From: an uncultured Acidobacteriota bacterium
Lineage (GTDB): Bacteria; Acidobacteriota; UBA6911; RPQK01; JAPXNP01
NCBI GenBank assembly: GCA_963777605.1
Contig: CAVZRV010000011.1
Location: 96,001-160,000 of the forward strand
DNA: 64,000 nucleotides
Direction: 5' to 3'
The notes beneath the pieces were generated by a model. The model did no database searches, was not told where the DNA came from, and worked only from the letters and a program-made list of their open reading frames with translations. Below are positions 1 through 9,034 of the stretch, in pieces (position 1 is the first letter of the stretch; each line of letters starts with the position of its first letter). The position numbers and the translations under genes were made by a program.

Positions 1-750
1 ATGGTCACCAATCCGCCAGGTCATCGCATCAGCCGATCCGGGGACAAGACAGGTCCCGTTCCGGACCGCAGTCCAGGAACTCACTTCCCCTCCCCTTGAC
101 GTCCCGTGACATCCGACGATGGCCCCGGCGCCATCTGCAAAGAGAGAGTTGGAGACAACCTGGTCCGAATCCCACCCATACTGGAAGTGGAGCGTGCAAA
201 GCTCGACGGACACGATCAGAACGCGGGTCATCGGGTCGGCTGCTGCAAACGACGACCCGACCCGGATCGCATTGAGGGCTGCGTGGCATCCCATGAACCC
301 GACTTGAACGCGCTCCACCTCTGGATTGAGGCCGAGCCCGGTGATGATGTCGTAGTCAATGCCGGGAGCATAGAAACCGGTGCAGGAAACGGTAATTAGG
401 TGGGTGATGTCCCCGGCTCCAAGATCCGCGCGCTCCAGCGCCACTTTTGACGCGCGCACCGCCATCTCTCCAGCATGCCGTTCGAATCTCGTCATCCGAG
501 CCGCAGTGGTCGGACCACGGTCTTCAGGAGTTGTTCGGAGATGAAAGAAGTCGTGATTGGGCTTGCCTCCACCTTCATCCATCAACACGCTGCCCCGCTC
601 GCGGATCCGGGTCCTCCGGTAGAGGACCTTGATCAGCCGTTCCTGGTCCTCCGACTCGCAGCAAAGGGGTGCGGCGAATTCAGCGGTTTCCATCTGATCG
701 AGGGAATGGCGGGGAGGAGCGGAAGCCAGCGCCAGAATCTTGAGAGCCAT
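1..750 (-). CDS. Type III polyketide synthase (chalcone/stilbene synthase family), truncated at its 3' end by the window edge
   Basis: Manual translation from ATG at 750 gives MALKILALASAPP...ITHLITVSCTGFYAPGID...VGFMGCHAALNAIR...VLIVSVELCTLHF...NSLFADGAGA...AMTWRIGDH. GFMGC (catalytic Cys), ELC and LFADG motifs are present and the frame is open to base 1. Not in the ORF track. Confidence 0.93.
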   Translation of the reverse strand, partial: MALKILALASAPPRHSLDQMETAEFAAPLCCESEDQERLIKVLYRRTRIRERGSVLMDEGGGKPNHDFFHLRTTPEDRGPTTAARMTRFERHAGEMAVRASKVALERADLGAGDITHLITVSCTGFYAPGIDYDIITGLGLNPEVERVQVGFMGCHAALNAIRVGSSFAAADPMTRVLIVSVELCTLHFQYGWDSDQVVSNSLFADGAGAIVGCHGTSRGGEVSSWTAVRNGTCLVPGSADAMTWRIGDH

Positions 751-753
751 GGG

Positions 754-1896
754 TCAGTGCCTTTCGACGATGGGCCGGTTCAGACCGGCGATGAAGGGGC
801 GAGCCCAGAACGAAGTCACCCCAAGAGACAGAAGGAGGAGCCTGCTCACCCGGGGCCGGGAGAGAACCGCGCGCAGGACGCGGCAGGCGGCCTGACGACG
901 TCCGATCTCCCTGCGGTGGACTCGAACCCACCGATCGGCTAGCGACGGGTCCCAAATTCCGCACGACTGCAGCACGAACGGCACCACCAGGAGGGCGGAG
1001 TTCATCGCCCAAGCGATGCCTTCGCCGGTAAATGGCTCGACGTACCCGGTCGAGTCCCCGATCAAAAAGAGGCGGGGCCCCGCGATCGCCGTACGATAAC
1101 GCGTCAGTGGGGGGGTGCCCCGTACTCCCCACGTCAGTTTGAATCCCGAGTCGACTCCATTGGAGGCCAGAATATGACGGATCGCAACCTCCGGTGATGC
1201 CCCGCTCGGGCGGCTGCGATCCAGGGCAGCAGCGACATCGAGGCTGCCATCCTCCAGCTTGACCATCCCCACGTATCCTTCCGGCGCTACCACCATCCGG
1301 ATAACACCTCTGGGGAGGTCGGCACCAGAGCCATCGGCCACCAATCCGACACCGATCCGGGACGCCGGGGCAATCGCTGGCGCATACTCCGAATGCCTCC
1401 GGAGAAACCCTCCCTCGAGCCCATCAGCGCAGATGACGACTCGTGCCCGAGTTTCATAACGGGATGCCCCATCGCGGGGCTTCAGTTCCACCGTCCATCC
1501 CGTCTCCTCCAGATGGCCAAGCGTCGCGACGGTCTCCTGAAGGAAACGGGAGCCGGCCAGTCGGGCCTCCCGAACCAGGGCATCGTCCAGGGTCTTTCTC
1601 GACAGGACCCAACCGCCCGGAAGGGGCAGTTCCACCCGGCGCCGATACCCGATCAGGTCGAATTCTTTGATCCGGGATGCCCCCAGGCTGGGGAGGAGCC
1701 CACCAAGGCCCGTGCCTTCGAGGCTGTTCAGGGCAGCGCCATTCAGGCAGCAACCACACACCTTATTTCTGGGAAACGAAGAACGGTCAACCAGGAGCAC
1801 GGAAAGCCCCTCTCCCGCAAGGAGGCGGGCAACCGTGGACCCCGCCGGTCCCGCGCCGGCGACCAGCACGTCCCAACCGGTTCGCTCATTCTCCAA
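754..1896 (-). CDS. FAD-dependent oxidoreductase (geranylgeranyl reductase/halogenase-like family)
   Basis: GAGPAG FAD motif, FPRNKVCGCC, VICADG, IGDSTGYVEPFTGEGIAWAM. Confidence 0.88.
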   Translation of the reverse strand: MENERTGWDVLVAGAGPAGSTVARLLAGEGLSVLLVDRSSFPRNKVCGCCLNGAALNSLEGTGLGGLLPSLGASRIKEFDLIGYRRRVELPLPGGWVLSRKTLDDALVREARLAGSRFLQETVATLGHLEETGWTVELKPRDGASRYETRARVVICADGLEGGFLRRHSEYAPAIAPASRIGVGLVADGSGADLPRGVIRMVVAPEGYVGMVKLEDGSLDVAAALDRSRPSGASPEVAIRHILASNGVDSGFKLTWGVRGTPPLTRYRTAIAGPRLFLIGDSTGYVEPFTGEGIAWAMNSALLVVPFVLQSCGIWDPSLADRWVRVHRREIGRRQAACRVLRAVLSRPRVSRLLLLSLGVTSFWARPFIAGLNRPIVERH

Positions 1897-2638
1897 AGAA
1901 ACGCTCCTTCTGCCAGGACAGCACCCAACGACAAGGCCATCGTCGAGCCAGTTGGGCCCGGTTCAGACCCGCCCGCTGCGCCAGCGCTTCCATTTCGTCA
2001 AAAGCAAAGGCCGCCCGGACCGAGCGCACGGCATCGCCGTGAACGACCGGGGAGAAAGTGACGAGGCGAGGAATCAGCCAGGCCAGCAGCAGCCCAGCGG
2101 TCGTCCGGTCCAGATCGGCCAGAACGCATCCTCGCCCAACGGACTGCGAGACACGGTGGAGGAGTTCGACGACCTGGTTCTCAGTCAAGTGATGAAGAAA
2201 AAGGCTCGAAACATAGTAGTCGTACCCCTCGGGCAAGAATCCATCACAAACATCGAACTGGAAAAACCGACAATCAAGTTTCTCACGATCCGCCGCTTCG
2301 GCGGCGATACTCACCGCCCGGGCGCTCACATCGCATCCGTCGAACTGAAAGGAGAGTTCAGACTGAACGGCCAATTTTGCCAGGCACCGCGTTATATCGC
2401 CTCCGCCACAAGCCAGATCGAGAACACGGACCATTCCCCCGCGGTTTGACGAGGTAAGTCGGGTCAACTCCGACCAGATCGTGGCGGCGGTCAGGCTGAG
2501 ACGGTTGAGACGTGCCAGGCCGGAAAGCGCCTTTCGATGTGCGCTACCGTCCAGCCCGGGATCATCCATGACCTCGGCCTCGTGCCGGCGCTTGGCGACA
2601 GAAAAGCAGCGATCCACAACATGATTGAACTCTGGCAT
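1886..2638 (-). CDS. SAM-dependent methyltransferase of the type usually linked to type III PKS
   Basis: VLDLACGGGD motif I, SSLFLHHL, N-terminal EVMDDP...LARLNR, HGDAVRSVRAAF; overlaps the oxidoreductase start. Confidence 0.88.
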   Translation of the reverse strand: MPEFNHVVDRCFSVAKRRHEAEVMDDPGLDGSAHRKALSGLARLNRLSLTAATIWSELTRLTSSNRGGMVRVLDLACGGGDITRCLAKLAVQSELSFQFDGCDVSARAVSIAAEAADREKLDCRFFQFDVCDGFLPEGYDYYVSSLFLHHLTENQVVELLHRVSQSVGRGCVLADLDRTTAGLLLAWLIPRLVTFSPVVHGDAVRSVRAAFAFDEMEALAQRAGLNRAQLARRWPCRWVLSWQKERFFGE

Positions 2639-2749
2639 CGGAACCCAAGAAGAGAACGACCGGTCCGTCCGGCTTTCTCAGCAAAAATGAAGAATGCGTC
2701 GGGTGCCTTCAGTGTAACCTGAAACTTCGGTGGAATGTTCGGGCGACCT

Positions 2750-3550
2750 TCATCTTCCCGCTCTGAAGAAGGAATTGAGAAGTCCCTCCCGGAAGTCCGA
2801 TCCTTTGACAAAATAGCCCCCCATAACGGCCAGGGCTGTGTCCCGGCCCTGGTCGATCTGGTTGACCAGGACTTCCCCGTCGCCACTTCTCAGAACGCTG
2901 TGAAGACGGTCTGAGCGGACCCGGTAGGCCAACACGTCCCCTTCTCGAATTCCCCTATCCTTGAGGGCGCGATACCAAAACGGCAGGTTCTCACTGATCC
3001 GATAATAGGTATCCTCGGTAATCAAATCCCTCTTCCGGACTCGCTCCGCAGCTTCCCGGGCAAAGGAGAGGAACCGCTTCAGGCTGACATCGCGCAGAAA
3101 ACGTAATTCGACAAGAGCATCGGGAGACAGAATCGCGGCCGCCGCCACGGAATCCTCCAGCCGGGAAGAGAGTTCTTGGCCCTCGACCAGGCGGCGAAGT
3201 TCCTCCGTCGTCTGGGCCCCGAAGGTGACCCGGACGCGGGCCACTTCAATCTGGACAAAGAGAACCGCTCTTTCGAGGGTAGTTGACATTTCGGCGTAAC
3301 GGCCGTTGTGAAGCGCGTCCAGTTCCAGGTCAGCACTGCCGGGTACCTGCGCCAGAAGCAGAGAGACAGAAATCGACGCAGCCCATGCGGCTATAGCGAA
3401 ACGGCGGACCAGCGGTCCCTTCCTAAAATAACGCGGCAATCGCCGCTGAGTCTTTTCGCCGCGTCGGCTAGGATTGCAGCGCAATTTCGGGAACGGACCA
3501 CCTGGTTCTGCCCTCGAGTCATCAATACGCGCCTGATGCTGAATGCTCAA
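2750..3550 (-). CDS. Hypothetical, probably exported protein with a chalcone-isomerase-like sequence pattern (start uncertain)
   Basis: Hydrophobic signal-like segment FAIAAWAASISVSLLLA; LRFLRDVS, IREGDVLAY and AVMGGYF...FREGLL resemble bacterial CHI-like proteins. Confidence 0.55.
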   Translation of the reverse strand: MSIQHQARIDDSRAEPGGPFPKLRCNPSRRGEKTQRRLPRYFRKGPLVRRFAIAAWAASISVSLLLAQVPGSADLELDALHNGRYAEMSTTLERAVLFVQIEVARVRVTFGAQTTEELRRLVEGQELSSRLEDSVAAAAILSPDALVELRFLRDVSLKRFLSFAREAAERVRKRDLITEDTYYRISENLPFWYRALKDRGIREGDVLAYRVRSDRLHSVLRSGDGEVLVNQIDQGRDTALAVMGGYFVKGSDFREGLLNSFFRAGR

Positions 3551-3744
3551 GTGATTTCTTCGACCGCGGACGCGGCACCAGTGGAGTCCGGGTTCGCTCT
3601 AAACTAATCGGATTGCCTCCAAGAGTAAACCAAATTCCTGCCGGCCTACGGAAAATGTACCTCTAGTCAGTCACACCCCCGGCGCCGCCGGACCATTCAC
3701 AGAGTGAAACTGGGTTAGTCCCAGCCGACCATCGCGATTCCCCC

Positions 3745-3900
3745 GCATTCAGTACGCGAGAGAAGCGAGCGCGTCTGCGGATGTTCATCGATTGCCAATT
3801 CTGGATCTTGCCTCCACCCGAGCGCTTCCGGCCTCCGGCATCACTTCTGGCGACCCGCGAACGTTCGGCGTCGCGCTCGCTCCTCTCGCGTACTGAATGC
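3745..3900. repeat. 156-bp element bounded by a 29-bp inverted repeat (MITE/REP-like or structured RNA)
   Basis: gcattcagtacgcgagagaagcgagcgcg (3745-3773) versus the reverse complement of 3872-3900: 28/29 match, with further imperfect pairing inward. Confidence 0.8.
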
Positions 3901-4028
3901 AGAGTCTCCACGCTTGTACCCAAAACAGCGGACGCAAAGCTTCTGCGGTTCTCCCAAACTCGATTCATACAGGTCCAAATCTTCCAGGTCTTCCAACCCA
4001 TCCAGGGATGAAGGTCCTACCCTCTGCC

Positions 4029-5036
4029 TTAAGCCAGTTCTTCTTTGAAGTATTCCACCTTCAGATTCTGGGCGAGGTCGGAAACCTTCTTGACCAGGGC
4101 GGCGCGATCGTCAGGGCCGAGCTCAACGAAATTCGCGGCCAATTCGATCTTCTCCCGCATCAGATCGCCGTTCTCGGCTCCGGTGATCAGGACGCTGATG
4201 GGCAGTGACCAAGCGAAGTAGAGCGCGTCCCGAACCGAAATCCGGTTGGGGATAACGGGGTCATCGGTCTCCCATCGCACCTCGCCAAGCACGCGCTTGA
4301 CCGGGAAAAACCGCCCGTCGGCCAGGGTCTTCATGGCCAGGGGAGCGATGTTTCTCTGGAGCAGAACCGGCAGAACCCCCTTGATGAAGCTCAGTTTGCT
4401 CGGGTCCAGAACGTTGATCGGCATCTGGCAAGTGTCGAAAATCTGCCGTTCCGCCGTCCGCTCGAGCATCCGCAGGTGAGCAGCCGGGTTGCGATGGCCG
4501 GTAAACCCGATGAAGCGGGTTTTCCCTTCCTGCTTGGCCTGCTCGAAGACATCCAGCACTCCGTCTTCGATGCGCTGGTCCACGTCATCCGGATCCTGGA
4601 GGGAGTGGACCTGCCACAAGTCGAGATGGTCGGTGTTGAGCCGACGGAGAGAGCCCTCGAGATGTTCCCGGGCCTCCTTGCCGGTCTTGGCCGTGCTCTT
4701 GGTCATCAGGAAGATTTCGTCCCGGAACTTTGGAGTCAGGAATCGGCCGTACCGACTTTCGCTCTCCCCGTCACCGTACGATTCCGCCGTGTCGAAAAAG
4801 CGAACTCCACCTTCGATGGCAGCTTCGATCACAGCCTGGGCGTCCAACTCAGTCGTCCAACCCACGTGGTAGCCGCCGGTGGCGAGCATGGTGACTTTCT
4901 CTCCGGTGCCACCCAAAACGCGGGTCGGCAACCGGTCCGCCTCGTCAACCACGAACTCGGTTCCGGATCCGCTGCAACCGGTCATCACACTCGATGTCAG
5001 TGCCGCCAGGCTCATCAAGAAATCTCGTCGTTCCAT
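4029..5036 (-). CDS. Aldo/keto reductase with twin-arginine-like leader
   Basis: ERRDFL leader; FFDTAESYG, LEGSLRRLNTDHLDLWQVH. Confidence 0.9.
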   Translation of the reverse strand: MERRDFLMSLAALTSSVMTGCSGSGTEFVVDEADRLPTRVLGGTGEKVTMLATGGYHVGWTTELDAQAVIEAAIEGGVRFFDTAESYGDGESESRYGRFLTPKFRDEIFLMTKSTAKTGKEAREHLEGSLRRLNTDHLDLWQVHSLQDPDDVDQRIEDGVLDVFEQAKQEGKTRFIGFTGHRNPAAHLRMLERTAERQIFDTCQMPINVLDPSKLSFIKGVLPVLLQRNIAPLAMKTLADGRFFPVKRVLGEVRWETDDPVIPNRISVRDALYFAWSLPISVLITGAENGDLMREKIELAANFVELGPDDRAALVKKVSDLAQNLKVEYFKEELA

Positions 5037-5172
5037 CCTTCAATCCTGCGGCGCCGATGGGAGTACTGTCAAACTTCTTTTCCACAATTCGGGTTGGACT
5101 TGCTAGAATCCATCGAAGACCATTCAGGATTTACCCGAGCATCAACATCCAACCGATCAGGAGAGGTTGAAG

Positions 5173-6230
5173 ATGAGAAGAAGAGATTTTCTCAGAGCAG
5201 CCGGGTCCGCCGCCGGCGTTTGCGCCCTCGGCGAGACATCCATTTTCAGCATGGGTTACACGAACACGGTGCTGCCCGAAACCGCGGTGGCCGGAATGCC
5301 CCGTCGCGTTCTGGGTCGAACGGGGCGGGAGGTTTCGCTGGTCGGCTTTCCCGGGTTAGCTCTCGTGCACGATCAGTATGACCAGGAACGCTGCAATGGG
5401 AGCGTTCGGAGTGCTTTCGAACGCGGCGTGAACTACTTCGACGTCGCGCCCGCCTACGGCAACGGAAAGTGTGAGACCCGTCTCGGAATCGCCCTTCAGT
5501 CGATCGACCGGGACAAGATCTTCCTCGCCTGCAAGACCAAGAAGCGCGACCGGGAGGGTGCCAGACGAGAACTGGAGACATCTCTGAATCTACTGAAAAC
5601 GGACTACTTCGACCTTTACCAGATGCATCATGTCTGCTCTGTCGAGGAGGTCCATCAGGCGCTGGGGCCGGGAGGAGCACTGGAAACCTTTCTGGAAGCC
5701 CGGGAAGAAGGCAAGATCAAACACATAGGATTCTCGGCTCACACGACCAAGGGCGCCCTGGAGATCATGCGCGGATTCCAGTTTGACACGGTGATGTTCC
5801 CAATCAATTTCGTTGAGCTTTATAACCGTGGTTACGGCAAAGAGGTCCTGGATCTGGCCAATCAGCAGGGTGCGGCGGCAATCGCGATCAAGACGATGAG
5901 CTATGGTGGTTGGCCGGGGGAGCCACTCGAACCCGCGACTGGTGGTATCGCTCAGTTGAAACTCCTGCTGACGTGGACCTGGCATGGCGGTTTACTCTCT
6001 CTCGAAAGGGCGTCGTCGCCGGAATTCCGCCTTCATTCCTCGATCTGGTAGACAAGGCGATCCGGGCGGCCTCGTCCTACCGTCCACCAACTGAAACTGA
6101 ACTGGATCAACTCCGGCAGATGGCCCAGGGAAAACCCTCACTGTTTGAGAAGGAAGAAGCCCAGTACGCCTCGAATCGCCCCGGACCGCACTCGGTCCCG
6201 GACGATGAAAGCTACTATTCGTACGTGTGA
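5173..6230 (+). CDS. Aldo/keto reductase with Tat-like leader, frameshifted near 5916-5920
   Basis: RRRDFL leader; NYFDVAPAYG; DYFDLYQMH. The plausible C-terminus (WWYRSVE...RFTLS...AGIPP) lies in ORF 5910..6230 after a G5 run. Confidence 0.85.
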
Positions 6231-6242
6231 CGAGCCGTGTGT

Positions 6243-7808
6243 CTAGCGAATGCGCATGGCGTCGAGCCAGAGCAGGTAGACCCGCTCCCGAGCTGCCGAG
6301 GGGCCGAATCCAAAGGGGATCAGGTCGCGGAGACGGCGTTTTCGATAGTGTGTGACTAACCGGTAGCGCCCCTTCTCCAGGCCGGCGGCCTGGCGAGCAG
6401 CCTCCAGGGCGGCTTCGATGCCGCCCAGTTCGTCGACGAGACCACGCTGTTGAGCCTGGGCACCAGTCCAGACCCGGCCAGCGGCCAGCGGCCGGATGTC
6501 GTCCACAGCCATTCGCCGGTTCTCGGCTACCTTGGCGAGAAAGAGCGACTCATAGAAGTCATTCATCTGCTCCCTCAGGATCTCCTCCTCACGATCGGTG
6601 AAGGGGCGACTCGGTGAACTGTAGCCAGAGTGGCGTCCGGTCTCCACGCCGTCCACCCTGACGCGGAGACGGGCAAACAGGTTTTGGAAGCTGAGCTTGC
6701 CGCCAATGACCCCGATCGACCCGGTCAAGGTTCCCGGATCTGCGAAGATGCGCCGACCTGCAACGGCAATGTAGTAGCCTCCACTGGCGGCAGTGTCGCC
6801 GAGAGACACGATCACCGGCTTCTTCTTGTCGGTAAGCTTGAGTTCTCTCCAGATCAGATCAGAGGCAAGCCCGGAACCACCCGGGCTGTTGACCCGGACC
6901 AGGACCGCCTTGACCCGTTTTGACTTCCGCGCCGACCGGACCAGTTCGATCAAGTCAGCTGAACCGGCCACGTTCATCGGACCCGGCCCGCCACGGGTTT
7001 CACCGTAGGAGATTACCCCGTTCACGACGATCTGGGCGATCCGGGGACGGCGCCACTGAAGCAATCTCCGGATCAGCCCCATCCGCGGAGCCAGTTTTCG
7101 GACGTCCACTTTATCCAGTGAGGGAGATTCCGAACTCAACCGATGCTCGAGTTCATCCTCGTACACGAGTTCATCGACCAGACCTTCGCGGGTTGCGCGC
7201 TGCGCCGAGAAAGGCCCGTCGTCGATCAGGCTCCGCACAAGGCCCGGTTCAAGGCTTCGCTGCTCTGCAAGGCCTTCCACCAGGCGGAGGGTGTAGTCCT
7301 CCAGAATCGAGGTCACCATCTCGCGGTTGGACTCCGACATCCCGGACCGGCTCAGGAACTCTCCGGCGGACTTATAGTCGCCGATGCTGATCACCTGAGG
7401 CAAGACTCCGATTGAATCGAGGAAGTCTCGCAGGTACAGATTCTCCGATCTGATTCCGACCAGTTCGACCGAAGCAGAGGGAGGAATCAGGATCCGGCTG
7501 CCCGCCGACGCCAGGTAGAGCGACCGATTGTCGCCCCCGCTCTCGAGGTAGACCAGGACCTCCTTCCCTGCTTTTCGGAGCGCCTGAAAAGCCGAACGCA
7601 GTTCATCGATCTGGCCCCAGCCCGCCTCAAGGGACCTCACGACGACGAGGACTTTCGAAACCCGCGGGTGTTTCTTTGCAGCACCCAGCGCCGTCAGGAG
7701 GTTCCGCAGCACGAGCTGGCGGCGCCGTCCCAGAATCCACATCCGCGACGGCGCTTCCACGATTTCGCCGTGGAGATCCAACCTGGCAAAAAGCCGCTGC
7801 TTGCTCAT
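6243..7808 (-). CDS. sppA: Signal peptide peptidase SppA (S49, two-domain)
   Basis: GDYKSAGE, RVNSPGGS, GDTAASGGYYIA, TLTGSIGV, GRVWTGAQA. Confidence 0.92.
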   Translation of the reverse strand: MSKQRLFARLDLHGEIVEAPSRMWILGRRRQLVLRNLLTALGAAKKHPRVSKVLVVVRSLEAGWGQIDELRSAFQALRKAGKEVLVYLESGGDNRSLYLASAGSRILIPPSASVELVGIRSENLYLRDFLDSIGVLPQVISIGDYKSAGEFLSRSGMSESNREMVTSILEDYTLRLVEGLAEQRSLEPGLVRSLIDDGPFSAQRATREGLVDELVYEDELEHRLSSESPSLDKVDVRKLAPRMGLIRRLLQWRRPRIAQIVVNGVISYGETRGGPGPMNVAGSADLIELVRSARKSKRVKAVLVRVNSPGGSGLASDLIWRELKLTDKKKPVIVSLGDTAASGGYYIAVAGRRIFADPGTLTGSIGVIGGKLSFQNLFARLRVRVDGVETGRHSGYSSPSRPFTDREEEILREQMNDFYESLFLAKVAENRRMAVDDIRPLAAGRVWTGAQAQQRGLVDELGGIEAALEAARQAAGLEKGRYRLVTHYRKRRLRDLIPFGFGPSAARERVYLLWLDAMRIR

Positions 7809-7840
7809 CGAGTCTCCAGCCCCCCCCTCCCGGCACGAAC

Positions 7841-8839
7841 TCAGCCGGCGGATTCCATGGCCTCGTCAATCGCCTGCAACTCGTCTTCGCTGAAGTGGAT
7901 GGTGTCCTGCGTCGCGACCAGTTCTTCGATCTGGCTGACTCGACTGGCTCCGATCAGGGCGGAGGTTACGACGGGCTTGCGCAAGACCCAGGCAATGGCC
8001 AACTGGGCGAGAGACTGACCCCGCCCCTTTGCGATCTCGTTCAGGCGGCTCACCTTCGCCATCTTCTCGTCGGTTACATGTTCTGGCCTGAGGTAGCCCC
8101 AGGATTTCCCGGCCCTGGAATCTTTGGGAATCCCTTTCAGGTACTTGTCGGTCAGGAGGCCCTGCTCAAGGGGAGAGAAGACGATGCAGCCGACACCTTC
8201 CTCCTCCAAAACGCCGGTCAAACCGTCCTCAATCCAGCGGTCGAACATGCTGTAGCGGGGCTGATGTATCAGACAGGGAGTACCAAGGTCGCGCAGAATA
8301 CGGCAGGCTTCCCGGGTCCTCTCGGCGTCGTACTGCGAAATTCCGACGTAGAGCGCCCGTCCGCTGCGCACCGCGAAATCGAGCGCTCCCATAGTCTCTT
8401 CGAGCGGCGTCTCGGGGTCGGGCCGGTGATGGTAAAAAACGTCCACGTAATCGACACCCATCCGTTTGAGGCTTTGATCCAGGCTGGCGATCAGGTACTT
8501 TCGGGAACCGAAGTCGCCGTATGGACCCGGCCACATGTCCCAACCGGCTTTCGTCGAGAGCACCAGTTCATCCCGGTAGGGGACGAAATCCTTCCTGAAA
8601 ATCTGTCCGAAACTCTCTTCCGCAGATCCGTAAGGCGGCCCGTAATTGTTGGCCAGGTCGAAGTGGGTGATCCCCAGGTCGAAGGCCCGCCGAAGCATGG
8701 CCCGGCCATTTTCAAGCGGGTCAACTCCGCCCCAGTTGTGCCAGAGGCCCAGAGAAATAACCGGCAGCTTCAGCCCGCTGCGTCCGCAGCGAGGGTAGTG
8801 CATGTTGTCATATCGATCTTCGGACGGAAGATAGCTCAT
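7841..8839 (-). CDS. gpr: L-glyceraldehyde 3-phosphate reductase (YghZ/Gpr-type AKR)
   Basis: RCGRSGLKLPVISLGLWHN, ITHFDLANNYGPPYGSAE, MWPGPYGDFGSRKYL. Confidence 0.93.
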   Translation of the reverse strand: MSYLPSEDRYDNMHYPRCGRSGLKLPVISLGLWHNWGGVDPLENGRAMLRRAFDLGITHFDLANNYGPPYGSAEESFGQIFRKDFVPYRDELVLSTKAGWDMWPGPYGDFGSRKYLIASLDQSLKRMGVDYVDVFYHHRPDPETPLEETMGALDFAVRSGRALYVGISQYDAERTREACRILRDLGTPCLIHQPRYSMFDRWIEDGLTGVLEEEGVGCIVFSPLEQGLLTDKYLKGIPKDSRAGKSWGYLRPEHVTDEKMAKVSRLNEIAKGRGQSLAQLAIAWVLRKPVVTSALIGASRVSQIEELVATQDTIHFSEDELQAIDEAMESAG

Positions 8840-8949
8840 TGCGTTCGTCTCCTTTATCGCATTGTGGTTTCACATGATATCCAAGCTGAATAGTAGAAAG
8901 TCCCGAGGTTCGTGGCAAGGTGGGCGGAAGATCCCGCCACGGATTGGCG

Positions 8950-9007
8950 CTGGCGTGCCGAGTCTGAAATTGGCATACACCTGCGCATTTCTGACTCGGG
9001 ACGCTAG
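8950..9007. promoter_or_regulatory. Imperfect 21-bp inverted repeat in the divergent gpr/GT9 promoter region
   Basis: ctggcgtgccgagtctgaaat (8950-8970) versus the reverse complement of 8987-9007: 18/21 match; overlaps a TAGAAT -10-like hexamer at 9005-9010. Confidence 0.5.
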
Positions 9008-9034
9008 AATAGGAGCGACGGAGGCGCGGCGAGA

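Noticed and set aside
3663-4208. Short ORFs across the inverted-repeat region
   Set aside because: No recognisable motifs; composition reflects the palindrome or the antisense of the AKR gene
7676-8893. Long antisense ORFs (also 18020-19333, 19330-20466, 48698-50059, 61854-63338)
   Set aside because: They shadow well-conserved genes on the opposite strand, are typical of high-GC codon bias, and show no motifs
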